From a virus (taxonomy: Duplodnaviria; Caudoviricetes): a stretch of 64,000 nucleotides of DNA. A program made the position numbers and the translations under genes. Positions 47,064 through 56,482 of the stretch are shown here, in pieces (the stretch's first letter is position 1; the number at the start of each line of letters is the position of its first letter). Under the pieces are notes generated by a model, which saw only the letters and a program-made list of their open reading frames with translations, was not told the origin of the DNA and did not search any database. The stretch covers positions 1-64,000 of IMG/VR virus record IMGVR_UViG_3300037455_000462; one strand, given 5' to 3'.

Positions 47064-47611
47064 ACAGCCAACTTTATTTCAACCTCCTGCGCACGGAATG
47101 TGCAGTTAAATGTTTTCATATCAATCGTATTGTTTGAATAGTTGAAGTCGAGACCGTCTATGCTCGTGAACAAGACGTTCTTGTATTCAATGGTGAACGC
47201 CTCGTACCCGTTTCCGTCAAAAATGCGCATAAACGGAACACCGTTTATGAACTTGTCGTTTGTTGACGAATAGTAGTAGTAGAACAAGTCGAGCATAAGA
47301 AAATAGTTTATGAACCCGTCATACAACTGCTGCGTGATTGTAAACTCCTTCTGCATCAGTTTCTCTGGCGATGCCGCCGAGCGGTATATCCTTGAATACG
47401 GGGTCTTTCTGTCGTATTGCTCGACCACATCGAACTGCACGTTCTGCATATTGAACCCTTGTATTCCGTAGTTCACATAGTCTATGCAGCGTCCGAACAT
47501 ATTGCCTGGGATTCTCTCCAAATACGGCATATACTTGTCTTCAATTTCTTGTGGAATGAGCGTCTTCGCAAAGAAGAACTCAAACATATTGTTTCTTGCG
47601 GGTTGTAACAT
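47051..47611 (-). CDS. Tail tube/tail completion-type protein (gp3/gp19 fold)
   Basis: EFTITQQLYDGFINY, YKNVLFTSIDGLDF, FNCTF; late promoter. Confidence 0.5.
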   Translation of the reverse strand: MLQPARNNMFEFFFAKTLIPQEIEDKYMPYLERIPGNMFGRCIDYVNYGIQGFNMQNVQFDVVEQYDRKTPYSRIYRSAASPEKLMQKEFTITQQLYDGFINYFLMLDLFYYYYSSTNDKFINGVPFMRIFDGNGYEAFTIEYKNVLFTSIDGLDFNYSNNTIDMKTFNCTFRAQEVEIKLAVWKA

Positions 47612-47645
47612 AAGTAAGAGTTTTCTTTATTTATAACAATAAAAG

Positions 47646-47674
47646 AAAAACGCCCTCGGATTGGGGGCGTTTTT
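47646..47674 (-). terminator. Terminator
   Basis: AAAAACGCCC / GGGCGTTTTT. Confidence 0.7.
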
Positions 47675-47707
47675 CATAGAATGGAAAATATTTGAAAGTT
47701 ACAGAAA

Positions 47708-47908
47708 TTACTTATTTTCTTTTTTATCTTTGGTGTCATTCCCGTTTTCGGTTTGGGGGGCTTGGTTTTCCTCCTCTGCGAAATAGTTGGGAACGAGGAT
47801 GTTTACAGCCGCGTAAACCAACGCAGCGTCTTTCAATGAGTATATGCCGCTTTGCTGTCCGATGACAGCAGCCTGCACAAGTACGTTAATTGCTTCTTTC
47901 TCGTTCAT
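47708..47908 (-). CDS. Small hypothetical protein
   Basis: 66 aa; follows hsp20 with a 2-nt gap. Confidence 0.55.
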   Translation of the reverse strand: MNEKEAINVLVQAAVIGQQSGIYSLKDAALVYAAVNILVPNYFAEEENQAPQTENGNDTKDKKENK

Positions 47909-47910
47909 AG

Positions 47911-48351
47911 TTATTGGATTTCAATTTCGTGTGACGCTTCTTCTTCCTTTTCCTTTTTAGGCATATAGATTTCAAGAACGCCGTTCTTGAGTTGCGCCTT
48001 GATGTCCTTTGCATTAACTTCGTCACCAAACGGGATTTTCACGTCCTCGTCCTTTTTCATATTGACGAAATTGCCGTTGATGTCCTCCCTTGCGTAGATA
48101 CGCACATAGTTGATACCGTTGGAAGTCTTGGCGATTTCAATGCCGATTTGCTCTCTGTCGATTTCGGGGATAAGCAGCAAAGCGACTTTCATATCGTCAT
48201 TATCCTCGATTTTCAGTCGCATACTGTCGTAACAGCAAGCGCAGTTGTTTTCGTTTCCTGCTGAAAAAAGTTTGTTGAAAGCCTCGTTGAAACCTTCAAA
48301 ATTAGCACCGAGTGCCGTAAACAAGTTGTCTAAATCTCTAATGTAGCCCAT
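47911..48351 (-). CDS. Small heat-shock protein (Hsp20)
   Basis: IKAQLKNGVLEIYMPK, C-terminal IEIQ (IxI) motif. Confidence 0.85.
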   Translation of the reverse strand: MGYIRDLDNLFTALGANFEGFNEAFNKLFSAGNENNCACCYDSMRLKIEDNDDMKVALLLIPEIDREQIGIEIAKTSNGINYVRIYAREDINGNFVNMKKDEDVKIPFGDEVNAKDIKAQLKNGVLEIYMPKKEKEEEASHEIEIQ

Positions 48352-48438
48352 AGTTTAATTTGTTTGTTTTAATACTATATAATAAAAATTGTCATTTTTT
48401 ATTTGCCGTTGAAATTTTTTTTTCAACAGAGCATTGTT

Positions 48439-48480
48439 AGCAAATAATATACCAATCAGAGCGGACTGACATTTTGTCAG
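48439..48480 (-). promoter_or_regulatory. Sigma54-like -24/-12 element with upstream palindrome
   Basis: TTGGTATATTATTTGCT (GG-N10-GC) and CTGACA-N3-TGTCAG upstream of hsp20. Confidence 0.5.
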
Positions 48481-49823
48481 TTCTTTATCGTTTTCTTCAA
48501 TGACTTCAAGTCATCCAAATACATATCAGACGGAACTTTCTTTCGCATTTCTTCAAGTTCTACCTTTTTGGAATCCCGCTCTTTTATGAGTTCGGCATAC
48601 CTTTCCTTGGTAAGCGAATAAATCGGCATATTTATCAGATAGTCGAATGAATTTGAAACCTTGTCGAACTTGTTTGCTTCAAGCCAATCGCAGATTTCCT
48701 TTTTCGGGACGTTGTTCACTTTCAGTTTCTTGTCGATTATGGACTTCACGAAACGCGCCTTGTTCGTCAGCACCATAAGTTCCTTTTCGAGAACGCCTAT
48801 CAGATATTTCTTGCGTTTGTCATACCAAGTGAGTCGGTAGTCGCAGAAATAAGGAACGATGTCTTCCGCCTTGTCGAATTGCAGAAGCCTGCCGTTCTCG
48901 TCAAGTGTAACGACATTCTCCGTTTCCGAACTGTTTATGTGAAGCACGCTTTCGAGTTTGTTGGATTCGATAAGTTCCTTCAGTGCCGTGCGTGTGAATT
49001 TCACCACATAATCGACAACTGACGAACTGTTGTTGTCATAATCCACAATCACCTTTTTGTCAACAAGTGAGTCAAGGTATTCCTCGTATTTCTCGAATGT
49101 TATGGACGGCGGCAAATCCGTCACCCTAACGGTGGTTGTGTTTAACACCTTGTAAACACCCGATATGAGCCACTTGTTTTTGTTTTCCTTATCCCTTGTG
49201 TATGTGCCTCCGAACTCCGCGAGCCAAGGCTTCAGTTCCTTCGGCTTTTTTCCGTTGAGATGCGCTATGCAGGCATCAACAACCTCAACGGGATTTCTGT
49301 TGAGTATGTTCGTTGAATACCCCACCGCTATGCCTGGACTTCCGTTCAGCAGCAACGTTGGAACTATCGGCAGAAAAAAGTTCGGCTCTACTACATAGCC
49401 TTCCTCGATTCTGTTTTCAAGCAACTCAAAGTCCTTGTATAAAAGTCTGAAATTTTTGGAAAGTTTTGTTCCGATATAACGGGGCGCACCCGCTGACGGA
49501 ACACGGAGGCTTCCGTACTGACCGTAGCCTTCAAGCAGCGGCAGGCTGTTCTTGAAAGTCTGCCCCATATAGGTTATCGCATCGTACATACTTCTGTCGC
49601 CGTGCGGGTACAACGCCATAGACGAAACATATCCGCCGAATTGAAAAACCTTCATAGATTTCTCGTTCCCGTTTTTCCAAATCTTGTTCGCAACAAAAAC
49701 AATCTTGCGCTGAACGGGCTTGAACCCGTCAATGCAACTCGGTATAGCCCTGTCCTCAACAACCGATTTCGCGAACAGCCGTTGGTCAACATCCAAAAAG
49801 TTGTCAATAGTCCTTAATTTCAT
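48477..49823 (-). CDS. Type II topoisomerase GyrA-like subunit (T4 gp52-like)
   Basis: RAIPSCIDGFKPVQRK, YPHGD, GQYGS, APRYI, LLNGSPGIAVG. Confidence 0.93.
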   Translation of the reverse strand: MKLRTIDNFLDVDQRLFAKSVVEDRAIPSCIDGFKPVQRKIVFVANKIWKNGNEKSMKVFQFGGYVSSMALYPHGDRSMYDAITYMGQTFKNSLPLLEGYGQYGSLRVPSAGAPRYIGTKLSKNFRLLYKDFELLENRIEEGYVVEPNFFLPIVPTLLLNGSPGIAVGYSTNILNRNPVEVVDACIAHLNGKKPKELKPWLAEFGGTYTRDKENKNKWLISGVYKVLNTTTVRVTDLPPSITFEKYEEYLDSLVDKKVIVDYDNNSSSVVDYVVKFTRTALKELIESNKLESVLHINSSETENVVTLDENGRLLQFDKAEDIVPYFCDYRLTWYDKRKKYLIGVLEKELMVLTNKARFVKSIIDKKLKVNNVPKKEICDWLEANKFDKVSNSFDYLINMPIYSLTKERYAELIKERDSKKVELEEMRKKVPSDMYLDDLKSLKKTIKN

Positions 49824-50371
49824 CTTACATTCTCCTTATACGAGTTCTTAAACAATGTGTCGAACACGCCACCGTAATAGCCTTCCTCCGCCATAATGGA
49901 CAAAGCCTCCCTATAATCCCACTCGCCTATTACATTGTAGTCGCCTTTGTCCTTGCTGTCAAGCAGAAAATCCACGGTGACATCAAAATAATAGTCGCCT
50001 ATTTTGTTGAAAGCGTGGTCTATCGGTATTCCTATTACAGTCATATATCCCTCCACGTACTTAACTTCGGGGTTTTCCATAACCTGCCCGTTGACGCTCA
50101 ACTTACCGATTGATTCAAGTATGTTGGCTGCGTGGAGGGAATTGCTGTAACATTCCTTTTTCTGAAATCTCCCGTACTTGCGAAGTCTGTCGATGACATC
50201 GGACTCGAACAAATCGTAAACCGAATGAATCTCGATTGGGCGCAGGCAGGAGAGTTTCCTTTCGAAATATTCCTTTTGGTAGCCAGAAGAAAGTCGGGCG
50301 AAGTTCTTCAGCATATTCGCCGTAGAATGGTCGTCCGACTCCGTTATAAACTCAATATATTTCTTAACCAT
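49820..50371 (-). CDS. Possible transglutaminase/papain-like protein with capsid-targeting-like leader
   Basis: MVKKYIEFITES; candidate C-H-D triad ECYSNS..YVEGY..HAFN..FDVT. Confidence 0.5.
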   Translation of the reverse strand: MVKKYIEFITESDDHSTANMLKNFARLSSGYQKEYFERKLSCLRPIEIHSVYDLFESDVIDRLRKYGRFQKKECYSNSLHAANILESIGKLSVNGQVMENPEVKYVEGYMTVIGIPIDHAFNKIGDYYFDVTVDFLLDSKDKGDYNVIGEWDYREALSIMAEEGYYGGVFDTLFKNSYKENVR

Positions 50372-50392
50372 TACAAATCCAATTTGTCATAT

Positions 50393-51970
50393 TTATACCT
50401 GCTTGGAAGCATCGGTAAACAAATCGAATTTGAGTGTCGGGTATGATTCATAATTTGTTATCTTGATGTCGCTCGGCTCTAATCTCAAAAGCCTCTCGTA
50501 TTCATCGTGGAACGGGTCAAAGGAGAGGTATATCGGAATCTCAATACCAGCCGCACCGAACAAATACGGATTTCTGTTGAGCATACGCTTCACGCCGTCA
50601 ATGTGGTTTTTGTAGATGTGTGCGTTTCCGAGAGAACCTCCGAGCATTTTCGGAATCATATTCACTGTTTTTGCGATTACACACAGCATAACGGCGTAAC
50701 TCATTATGTTGAACGGAACGCCCAAAGCCATATCGCAGGAACGCTGAATCCAACGCAGACTCAAATAATGTTTCGGCACACCATATTCTTCCATAGCGTC
50801 CTCCTCGTTGCCTTCTCTGTCATCTTCCTCGCGTATCATTCTTTCTTCAAGAATGCGCTTCCTTTCCTCGTATGGAATAGGCTCTGTGTAGAACTCCATA
50901 GCGTAGTGGCAGGGCGGCAAAGCCATCTCGTCCATACGCTTCGGATTCCAAGCGGAAACAACAAGCCGTCTGTTGTTCGGGTCGTTTTTCAATTTGTCCA
51001 TAACCTCTTTCAGTTGGTTGATTCCGCTGTTGTCGAAATCAGTCCACTGCGAACCGTAAATCACGCCGACATCGCCGTAAGTGTAAACTTTGTCACCGAA
51101 CTTGGTGGATGAACCGAATTCCACGTTCTTCATAAAAGTATCGAAGTCAACAACCTCGCATCCGTCAGCCTTCGCAAGCCTCAAATAGTATGCGTATGCG
51201 TCCTTGTCCCAAATATGAACGTTCCGCTCGACAAGATATTTGATGTTCTTGCAGCCCTGCAAAAACCAAACAAGTTCAACGACAACAGACTTCAGAGCCA
51301 TTTTCTTCGTTGTGATAACTGGCAGACCCTTGCGCAAGTCAAAATGCAGGTGGGCATCAAACAGACTTCTCGCCGTGCCGACCCTTGTCGGTGTGTCAAC
51401 GCCGTTTTCAAGAATGTCGCGAAGCAGGTTGAGATACTGCACGTCACAATGTGATTCGTGGCGTTTGCGGAAAATATTCAAAAAAATGCACTCATCGTCC
51501 TTATACACAATGTCCTTATGATACAGATTGGTGTTCAGCATATCAAAATAAGGAAAATACGTGTCGAACTTGTTTTCGTAGCCTTTCTTTATGATGCTCA
51601 AATAAACGGTGTCAGCCAAGTCGTTGTCCATCAACTCCTTGAAAAGTTTAGCACCACCGATATAATACACTTCCTTGTAACCCTCGGCTTCAACAACGCT
51701 TTCGGCTTCCGCGATGCTGCCGACTATCCTCGGCATATTCTCATCCGTGGCGTTCATAGGCGCATAGTTCTTGTCACTTGTGACAATGACATTAAATCTG
51801 TCTTTTAGGGGATGTCCTATTGATTCATAGGTCTTTCTACCCATAACAACGGCGTTGCCTTTTGTCAGTTCGACAAAACGCTTCATATCCGTTTTGTTTT
51901 TCCAAGGCATACCGCCTCCAATCCCGATTCCTCCATCGGGGCTTGCTGCTGCAACAATGTTTCTAATCAT
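50393..51970 (-). CDS. Fused dihydrofolate reductase-thymidylate synthase
   Basis: DHFR: GGMPW, VVMGRKTYESI, IGGA. ThyA: ELVWFL, IYGSQW, MALPPCH, QRSCDMALGVPFN, HIYKNH. Confidence 0.93.
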   Translation of the reverse strand: MIRNIVAAASPDGGIGIGGGMPWKNKTDMKRFVELTKGNAVVMGRKTYESIGHPLKDRFNVIVTSDKNYAPMNATDENMPRIVGSIAEAESVVEAEGYKEVYYIGGAKLFKELMDNDLADTVYLSIIKKGYENKFDTYFPYFDMLNTNLYHKDIVYKDDECIFLNIFRKRHESHCDVQYLNLLRDILENGVDTPTRVGTARSLFDAHLHFDLRKGLPVITTKKMALKSVVVELVWFLQGCKNIKYLVERNVHIWDKDAYAYYLRLAKADGCEVVDFDTFMKNVEFGSSTKFGDKVYTYGDVGVIYGSQWTDFDNSGINQLKEVMDKLKNDPNNRRLVVSAWNPKRMDEMALPPCHYAMEFYTEPIPYEERKRILEERMIREEDDREGNEEDAMEEYGVPKHYLSLRWIQRSCDMALGVPFNIMSYAVMLCVIAKTVNMIPKMLGGSLGNAHIYKNHIDGVKRMLNRNPYLFGAAGIEIPIYLSFDPFHDEYERLLRLEPSDIKITNYESYPTLKFDLFTDASKQV

Positions 51971-51971
51971 A

Positions 51972-52544
51972 TCATTTAAGGTTTTCTTGTAAATATTCCT
52001 GCGCTTTCTTGAACAACTCCCTCGTTTTCGAGAGTGAGATGCCCATAGTTTCCGATATACTTATAAAATCGGTTTTTCCGTTATGCGTCTGCTTGAAACC
52101 GAACTTCATATCAACAATGTCACGGCTGTTGCTGTCAAGTTCGCCCACAAGACGCTTGTAGTCAAGCACCAATTCCTCATAGCGGTTGTCGGTGTGCTGA
52201 CCGTGGTCTATGTCGTCACCGTTGTCGTATGTGATTGAAGTGTAGGAATGAACGATGTTCTCATAGTTTCGGAAAGCCGAATTAAGTCTGTTGTAGGGTA
52301 TTTTGACGATGTTGCGCTGCAAGTTTATCTCGTTCTTCGCGTACTCCGTCATAAGCGGTTTGCAGAAAACCCAAAAATTAGGGTTTTTCTCTTCGTCATA
52401 CCGTTCCATACTTTTGGCAACGGCAATGGCACACACCTGCCTAACGTCATTTTGGGTTTCGACATTGAAGCAGTTGAATTTGCAGAATATGTAATTAAGT
52501 ATTCTGCTGAAATCCTTTGATTTAATCAATTCCTCGAAGTTCAT
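51972..52544 (-). CDS. Second phage sigma70-family factor (paralog of 6697..7479)
   Basis: DVRQVCAIAVAKSMERYDEEK..F, NIVKIP, HTH ISISETMGISLSKTRE. Confidence 0.65.
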   Translation of the reverse strand: MNFEELIKSKDFSRILNYIFCKFNCFNVETQNDVRQVCAIAVAKSMERYDEEKNPNFWVFCKPLMTEYAKNEINLQRNIVKIPYNRLNSAFRNYENIVHSYTSITYDNGDDIDHGQHTDNRYEELVLDYKRLVGELDSNSRDIVDMKFGFKQTHNGKTDFISISETMGISLSKTRELFKKAQEYLQENLK

Positions 52545-52828
52545 ATCTCGTCAACTTTTTTGTACATAGCATTGGTGACTGTTTCGACCGTTATATTGTC
52601 GATTGATTCGGTGTTCGGTGTTCGCGAACACACTTCAAATACGCATTTCTTCGTGTTGTAAAAGGCAAATGCGTATTGCTTAATCTTTGTCACCGCACAC
52701 AAATAACGGCTTTTGCTGTCGTTATCCGAATCGCTAAACAAATCAAGTTGAACATTTCTCTTGATGGCGTACAAAACGCCATAGCCGCCTTCAGACGGCT
52801 TCTCCTTTCTCGAATCTTTCCATTCCAT
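52541..52828 (-). CDS. Small hypothetical protein containing QLDLF
   Basis: MEWKDSRKEKP N-terminus; QLDLF matches the beta-clamp-binding consensus. Confidence 0.55.
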   Translation of the reverse strand: MEWKDSRKEKPSEGGYGVLYAIKRNVQLDLFSDSDNDSKSRYLCAVTKIKQYAFAFYNTKKCVFEVCSRTPNTESIDNITVETVTNAMYKKVDEI

Positions 52829-52846
52829 AATAATTAAGTTTTATAG

Positions 52847-53626
52847 TTAATCTTTAATAATTTCCACGTTGTTGTAATCAATAGGTGTGTAAAATTTTCT
52901 GTTCTTTATCAAACCTTCAGCCTCTCTGTAATATGATATGAATTCGTCCTTCGCGATTTCGTCAATTTCGTCCTTGTTCGGTATAATCTTCACATTAGGC
53001 ACAATTTCGGTACACGAATAGTCAAATCGGTTTATCTTCACAAGAATCCTGCCTCCATCTTCCTGCACGCCATAGCAGTCCGTATAGAGAAAGTCCTTGG
53101 TTTTCTTCATAAAGTAATCGGGATATCCGTCAGTCGCGTGAATCTCCTTTTCAACAACGGGCGGCATAGCGACCGTTGGTTTCGGCTTCGGTGCTTGTGA
53201 TTCCTCCGCAACTTGTGTTCTCGGCTTCATAACGGGTTCTTGCCTGCTCGGTTTCAGATTGAGCGTGTCCTTGAAATTGGGGTTCACGTTCTTCCAAACA
53301 AACTCGCCGTTCTCATTTTTTCTTATGAAACTGTCACGCTTATTGCACAGCGCATTTATCGACACCTCATCGTGTTCGCCACCAAGCCATTTCGTGCCGA
53401 TTTCGCCAATGAGATTATACAGTTCCTCCGCTATGCGCTTCGGGCTGTAAAACTCACAATAATCCGTATACAGAGATTCACAGCACTTTTGCAAGTCGCC
53501 GTCAATAGCGGTTGTTTCCAAAACACCGTCATTGTACACAGCCTTCCAACCGCCTTCGGCGAATTGGATATTCACGTGCTTGCCGTCATCCCCGAACAGT
53601 TCTATTATCTTTGTGGTAACATCCAT
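52847..53626 (-). CDS. Hypothetical protein
   Basis: 259 aa ORF in operon. Confidence 0.6.
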   Translation of the reverse strand: MDVTTKIIELFGDDGKHVNIQFAEGGWKAVYNDGVLETTAIDGDLQKCCESLYTDYCEFYSPKRIAEELYNLIGEIGTKWLGGEHDEVSINALCNKRDSFIRKNENGEFVWKNVNPNFKDTLNLKPSRQEPVMKPRTQVAEESQAPKPKPTVAMPPVVEKEIHATDGYPDYFMKKTKDFLYTDCYGVQEDGGRILVKINRFDYSCTEIVPNVKIIPNKDEIDEIAKDEFISYYREAEGLIKNRKFYTPIDYNNVEIIKD

Positions 53627-53628
53627 AA

Positions 53629-54183
53629 CTAAACATTAAACACTTTTACAAAATCACTCAAAAAGTCACAGCGGATTATCTTGTCGCATCCGCCAAGCGT
53701 GCGTGTGTCAACATATCTGTTGTACGGCGCGGAAATAAGAATACCGACACCTGCGTCAACGCCCTTGAATTTCTTCGGGTTGTCGTCAATGAAGTATTCA
53801 AGCCTGCCGAATCTGTTTTTGTCGTGGAGAAAGCACAAGTCGTTGAACTTGAAACCGTTTTTCACGAGCCATTCTATCGTGTATGTCTTTTGCAAGACAT
53901 TCGGCTGCGTGGTAAGAATCACCACATCGTTTCTTGAAGCAAGTTCATTAAACGCATCCCTTGCACCCGCGATAGGCGGCGCATCATAGAAAAGTTCCTT
54001 GACGTGCTTGTTGAAGAAAAAGTCCTCGGCGTTGTCAAGCAATGGGAAGGATTCGCCCAAATCGTAGTGGGTCATATCCTCCATAGTCTTGTTGTCGTTG
54101 AACTCCTTGTTGTACACACCGATAGCCGCGAGAGTGAAATCCCGCAACACGCCATCGACATCTATACCTATTCTATTTCTCAT
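53629..54183 (-). CDS. 5'(3')-deoxyribonucleotidase (HAD family)
   Basis: IGIDVDGVL, ILTT, FIDDNP, APYN. Confidence 0.85.
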   Translation of the reverse strand: MRNRIGIDVDGVLRDFTLAAIGVYNKEFNDNKTMEDMTHYDLGESFPLLDNAEDFFFNKHVKELFYDAPPIAGARDAFNELASRNDVVILTTQPNVLQKTYTIEWLVKNGFKFNDLCFLHDKNRFGRLEYFIDDNPKKFKGVDAGVGILISAPYNRYVDTRTLGGCDKIIRCDFLSDFVKVFNV

Positions 54184-54202
54184 TTGTGTATCGTTTTATG
54201 TG

Positions 54203-54340
54203 AAAAAAGCACATACCAAGAACCGCTTTTTAATCACTATGACCTATGATATTCGAATTGCTGGATAATTCTTTCTGTATGCGCAACGAGGAACGTTATT
54301 ATGACTTTGGCAATCACGGATTATGCTGCGTGTTCCTCTC
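54203..54340 (-). ncRNA. Candidate structured small RNA with two tandem CAGCA-bulged stems
   Basis: GAGGAAC/GTTCCTC and GCGCATAC..AAGAATT/GGTTCTT..GTATGTGC stems, each followed by NNNCAGCA and an inner hairpin; promoter motif upstream, U6 downstream. Confidence 0.5.
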
Positions 54341-54373
54341 AATATCTATATAATAAAAATATCCGAAAAATAT

Positions 54374-55519
54374 TTACCTGCAATAAATTTTTCTTTCAAG
54401 CAACTCGCCTATTTCCGTGTCATACACGACATAGTATTGACAAGGCTCTTCGTATGCAAGACCGTTGCTCATCGCAAACGTGTTGTAGCCTATGATACTG
54501 CCGTTCACAGCGGCGTTTGAAATCGAAGTGCAGCAATGGAAGTGACCGAGGAAAATTCTGTCTTGGTCGAATGTGTTGTTCCATTTCAGACTCAACCTAT
54601 TGAGTGCAGGGTATATGCCGCAAACCGTACCCGTTCCGCTTCCACGAATCTGATAGCCGTGGCAGAAGATGAACCTTCTGTTGTCATCGGTGTCAACGAT
54701 GGCAAGTTCACTGTCGGGTATGTTGAACTCTATGGGGAGTTTCAGAGCGGCACAGAACTTTTCGATGTTTTTGTACATCAACCACTCGTAACTCATCCTC
54801 ACGCCGTTTGCGTGCTGAATCTTCTTTGTGGTGCGGCTGTGGTTTCCGACAATTCCGATGAACTGAATCTGCTTCAGTTTGGTGTTCTTGCATAGGAACT
54901 CCAACCCGCTTGTGATGAGGTTCTGTGCGAGCCAAGTCGCTTCAAGCGGTGTCATACCGTTGGTCTGCGCAAGTTCATCGTGGATATATCCGCTGATAGT
55001 GTCGCCAAGACTTGCAAAAATCAGACTTTCCACGTTATCCGAATTCAAGCAGGCTGCAAGATTGTCAAAGTAGTTTTCAATCCTATGTTTCGCAATCTCG
55101 ATATTGTACTCATTCTTTCCGAGAACGGATGCCGCCGTAACGGTTTCCTCTATGTGAGCGTCAGAAAACAACGCTATCGCATATCTGCTGCCGTCAACAC
55201 GGGTTTTCGACTTGAATTCATATCGTTCAAACGGAAGCGATTCCACATCCTTGAACTTTTTGAAATTTTCAAATTCCTCTTGGTCAACTGTCGGTTGCTG
55301 AACCTGCTCCGCATCGGTTACAGACCCATTAGGGTCGGCGGTTTTGAATGTGTAAACAACTCCATTGTGCTTGTAGAAACCGTCCAACTTCAGCATTTCC
55401 GCTATTCTGTCACGGTTTTTGTGAATGTGTTTCGCGAGTTTTCTGATGCTCGTGAACGTCATTCCGTTACTGCCAACAATGGCTTGGCTCACATTCGGTT
55501 TAATTTCATAGTTTGACAT
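54374..55519 (-). CDS. Calcineurin-like metallophosphoesterase with N-terminal HTH
   Basis: SDAH, LGD, VGNH, CHG, GHFH. Confidence 0.8.
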   Translation of the reverse strand: MSNYEIKPNVSQAIVGSNGMTFTSIRKLAKHIHKNRDRIAEMLKLDGFYKHNGVVYTFKTADPNGSVTDAEQVQQPTVDQEEFENFKKFKDVESLPFERYEFKSKTRVDGSRYAIALFSDAHIEETVTAASVLGKNEYNIEIAKHRIENYFDNLAACLNSDNVESLIFASLGDTISGYIHDELAQTNGMTPLEATWLAQNLITSGLEFLCKNTKLKQIQFIGIVGNHSRTTKKIQHANGVRMSYEWLMYKNIEKFCAALKLPIEFNIPDSELAIVDTDDNRRFIFCHGYQIRGSGTGTVCGIYPALNRLSLKWNNTFDQDRIFLGHFHCCTSISNAAVNGSIIGYNTFAMSNGLAYEEPCQYYVVYDTEIGELLERKIYCR

Positions 55520-55534
55520 ATTAGTTTATTTTGG

Positions 55535-56482
55535 TTATTTATTCAGTTTTCTTATTAAAATTCTTTTATAAACGCCGTTTCCGTCAATGGTAAACTGACC
55601 TCCTTCAACGCCAAACCCACCATTTCCGTCCACATCGTGTTCGTGACCGACCAACTCAAACTGCCTACTGTTGTACTTATCCATAAAGGTAACGGGTACA
55701 CCCATAGTGCCTTCATAGTCCATAGGTATATCCTCAACCTTATCGACATTGATTGCGTTGTAATTGTCGTACACAGAATATATATACGGGTCGAATTTTT
55801 TGTTTGTTTCCAAGAATTCGGGTTCAAATCCTATGTCCATATTGGTGAACCATCTTATTCCCCTAACGCGGATTGTCCTGCCCGTTTCCGTTTCACCGCC
55901 GCACGCACCATCATAGGTTTCATACCCTTTCGGAACGTCAAACACACATCCCCCGCATCTTATACTGACACCAAGGCGTATGTCCCCGCGCTTGAAATAT
56001 TGGAAAAGTTCCTTTGTCGTGACGGCATTGATGTTGCCAAGCACGACAAATTCCTTGCCGTGTTTCATAACAAGCGAAACAAATTCTCTGAAAAGCGAGA
56101 ACGGGGGATTCGTCACCACAACGTCAGCATCCTTCAAAATCTTGACACATTCCATTGAACGGAAATCGCCGTCACCATCCAAATATATGACCGATATATT
56201 ATTGCCGTCATATTCAGCGCATACTGCGCGTTTTGAATCGGCAGTCAGAAGATTGCGTTCCACATAGCAGGAAGCAATAAGTTTCTTCAAGTCGAGTTCG
56301 GCGAAGCGGTCTTTAAAATAAGCAAAGAACTTACTGACACGATAGTCATCGCAGTTGCAATACACAACCTTGCCTCTGAAAAAATCGGCATAGTGAGCCA
56401 ATTCCTTCTCGATGTCGGAATACCGAGTGTAGAACTCGTCCTTTTTGTCCTTTCTCGCTATGTTAAGCCCGCTGTTGTCCAT
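55535..56482 (-). CDS. EcoRI-family adenine DNA methyltransferase
   Basis: KDEFYT, VYCNCDD, GDFRS, VTNPPFSLF, MGVPVTF. Confidence 0.9.
   Translation of the reverse strand: MDNSGLNIARKDKKDEFYTRYSDIEKELAHYADFFRGKVVYCNCDDYRVSKFFAYFKDRFAELDLKKLIASCYVERNLLTADSKRAVCAEYDGNNISVIYLDGDGDFRSMECVKILKDADVVVTNPPFSLFREFVSLVMKHGKEFVVLGNINAVTTKELFQYFKRGDIRLGVSIRCGGCVFDVPKGYETYDGACGGETETGRTIRVRGIRWFTNMDIGFEPEFLETNKKFDPYIYSVYDNYNAINVDKVEDIPMDYEGTMGVPVTFMDKYNSRQFELVGHEHDVDGNGGFGVEGGQFTIDGNGVYKRILIRKLNK

Noticed and set aside
54203-54340. tRNA gene in the intergenic gap
   Set aside because: A TTCGAAT occurs, but no cloverleaf, T-arm stem or CCA end can be built. I saw no tRNA in the window.
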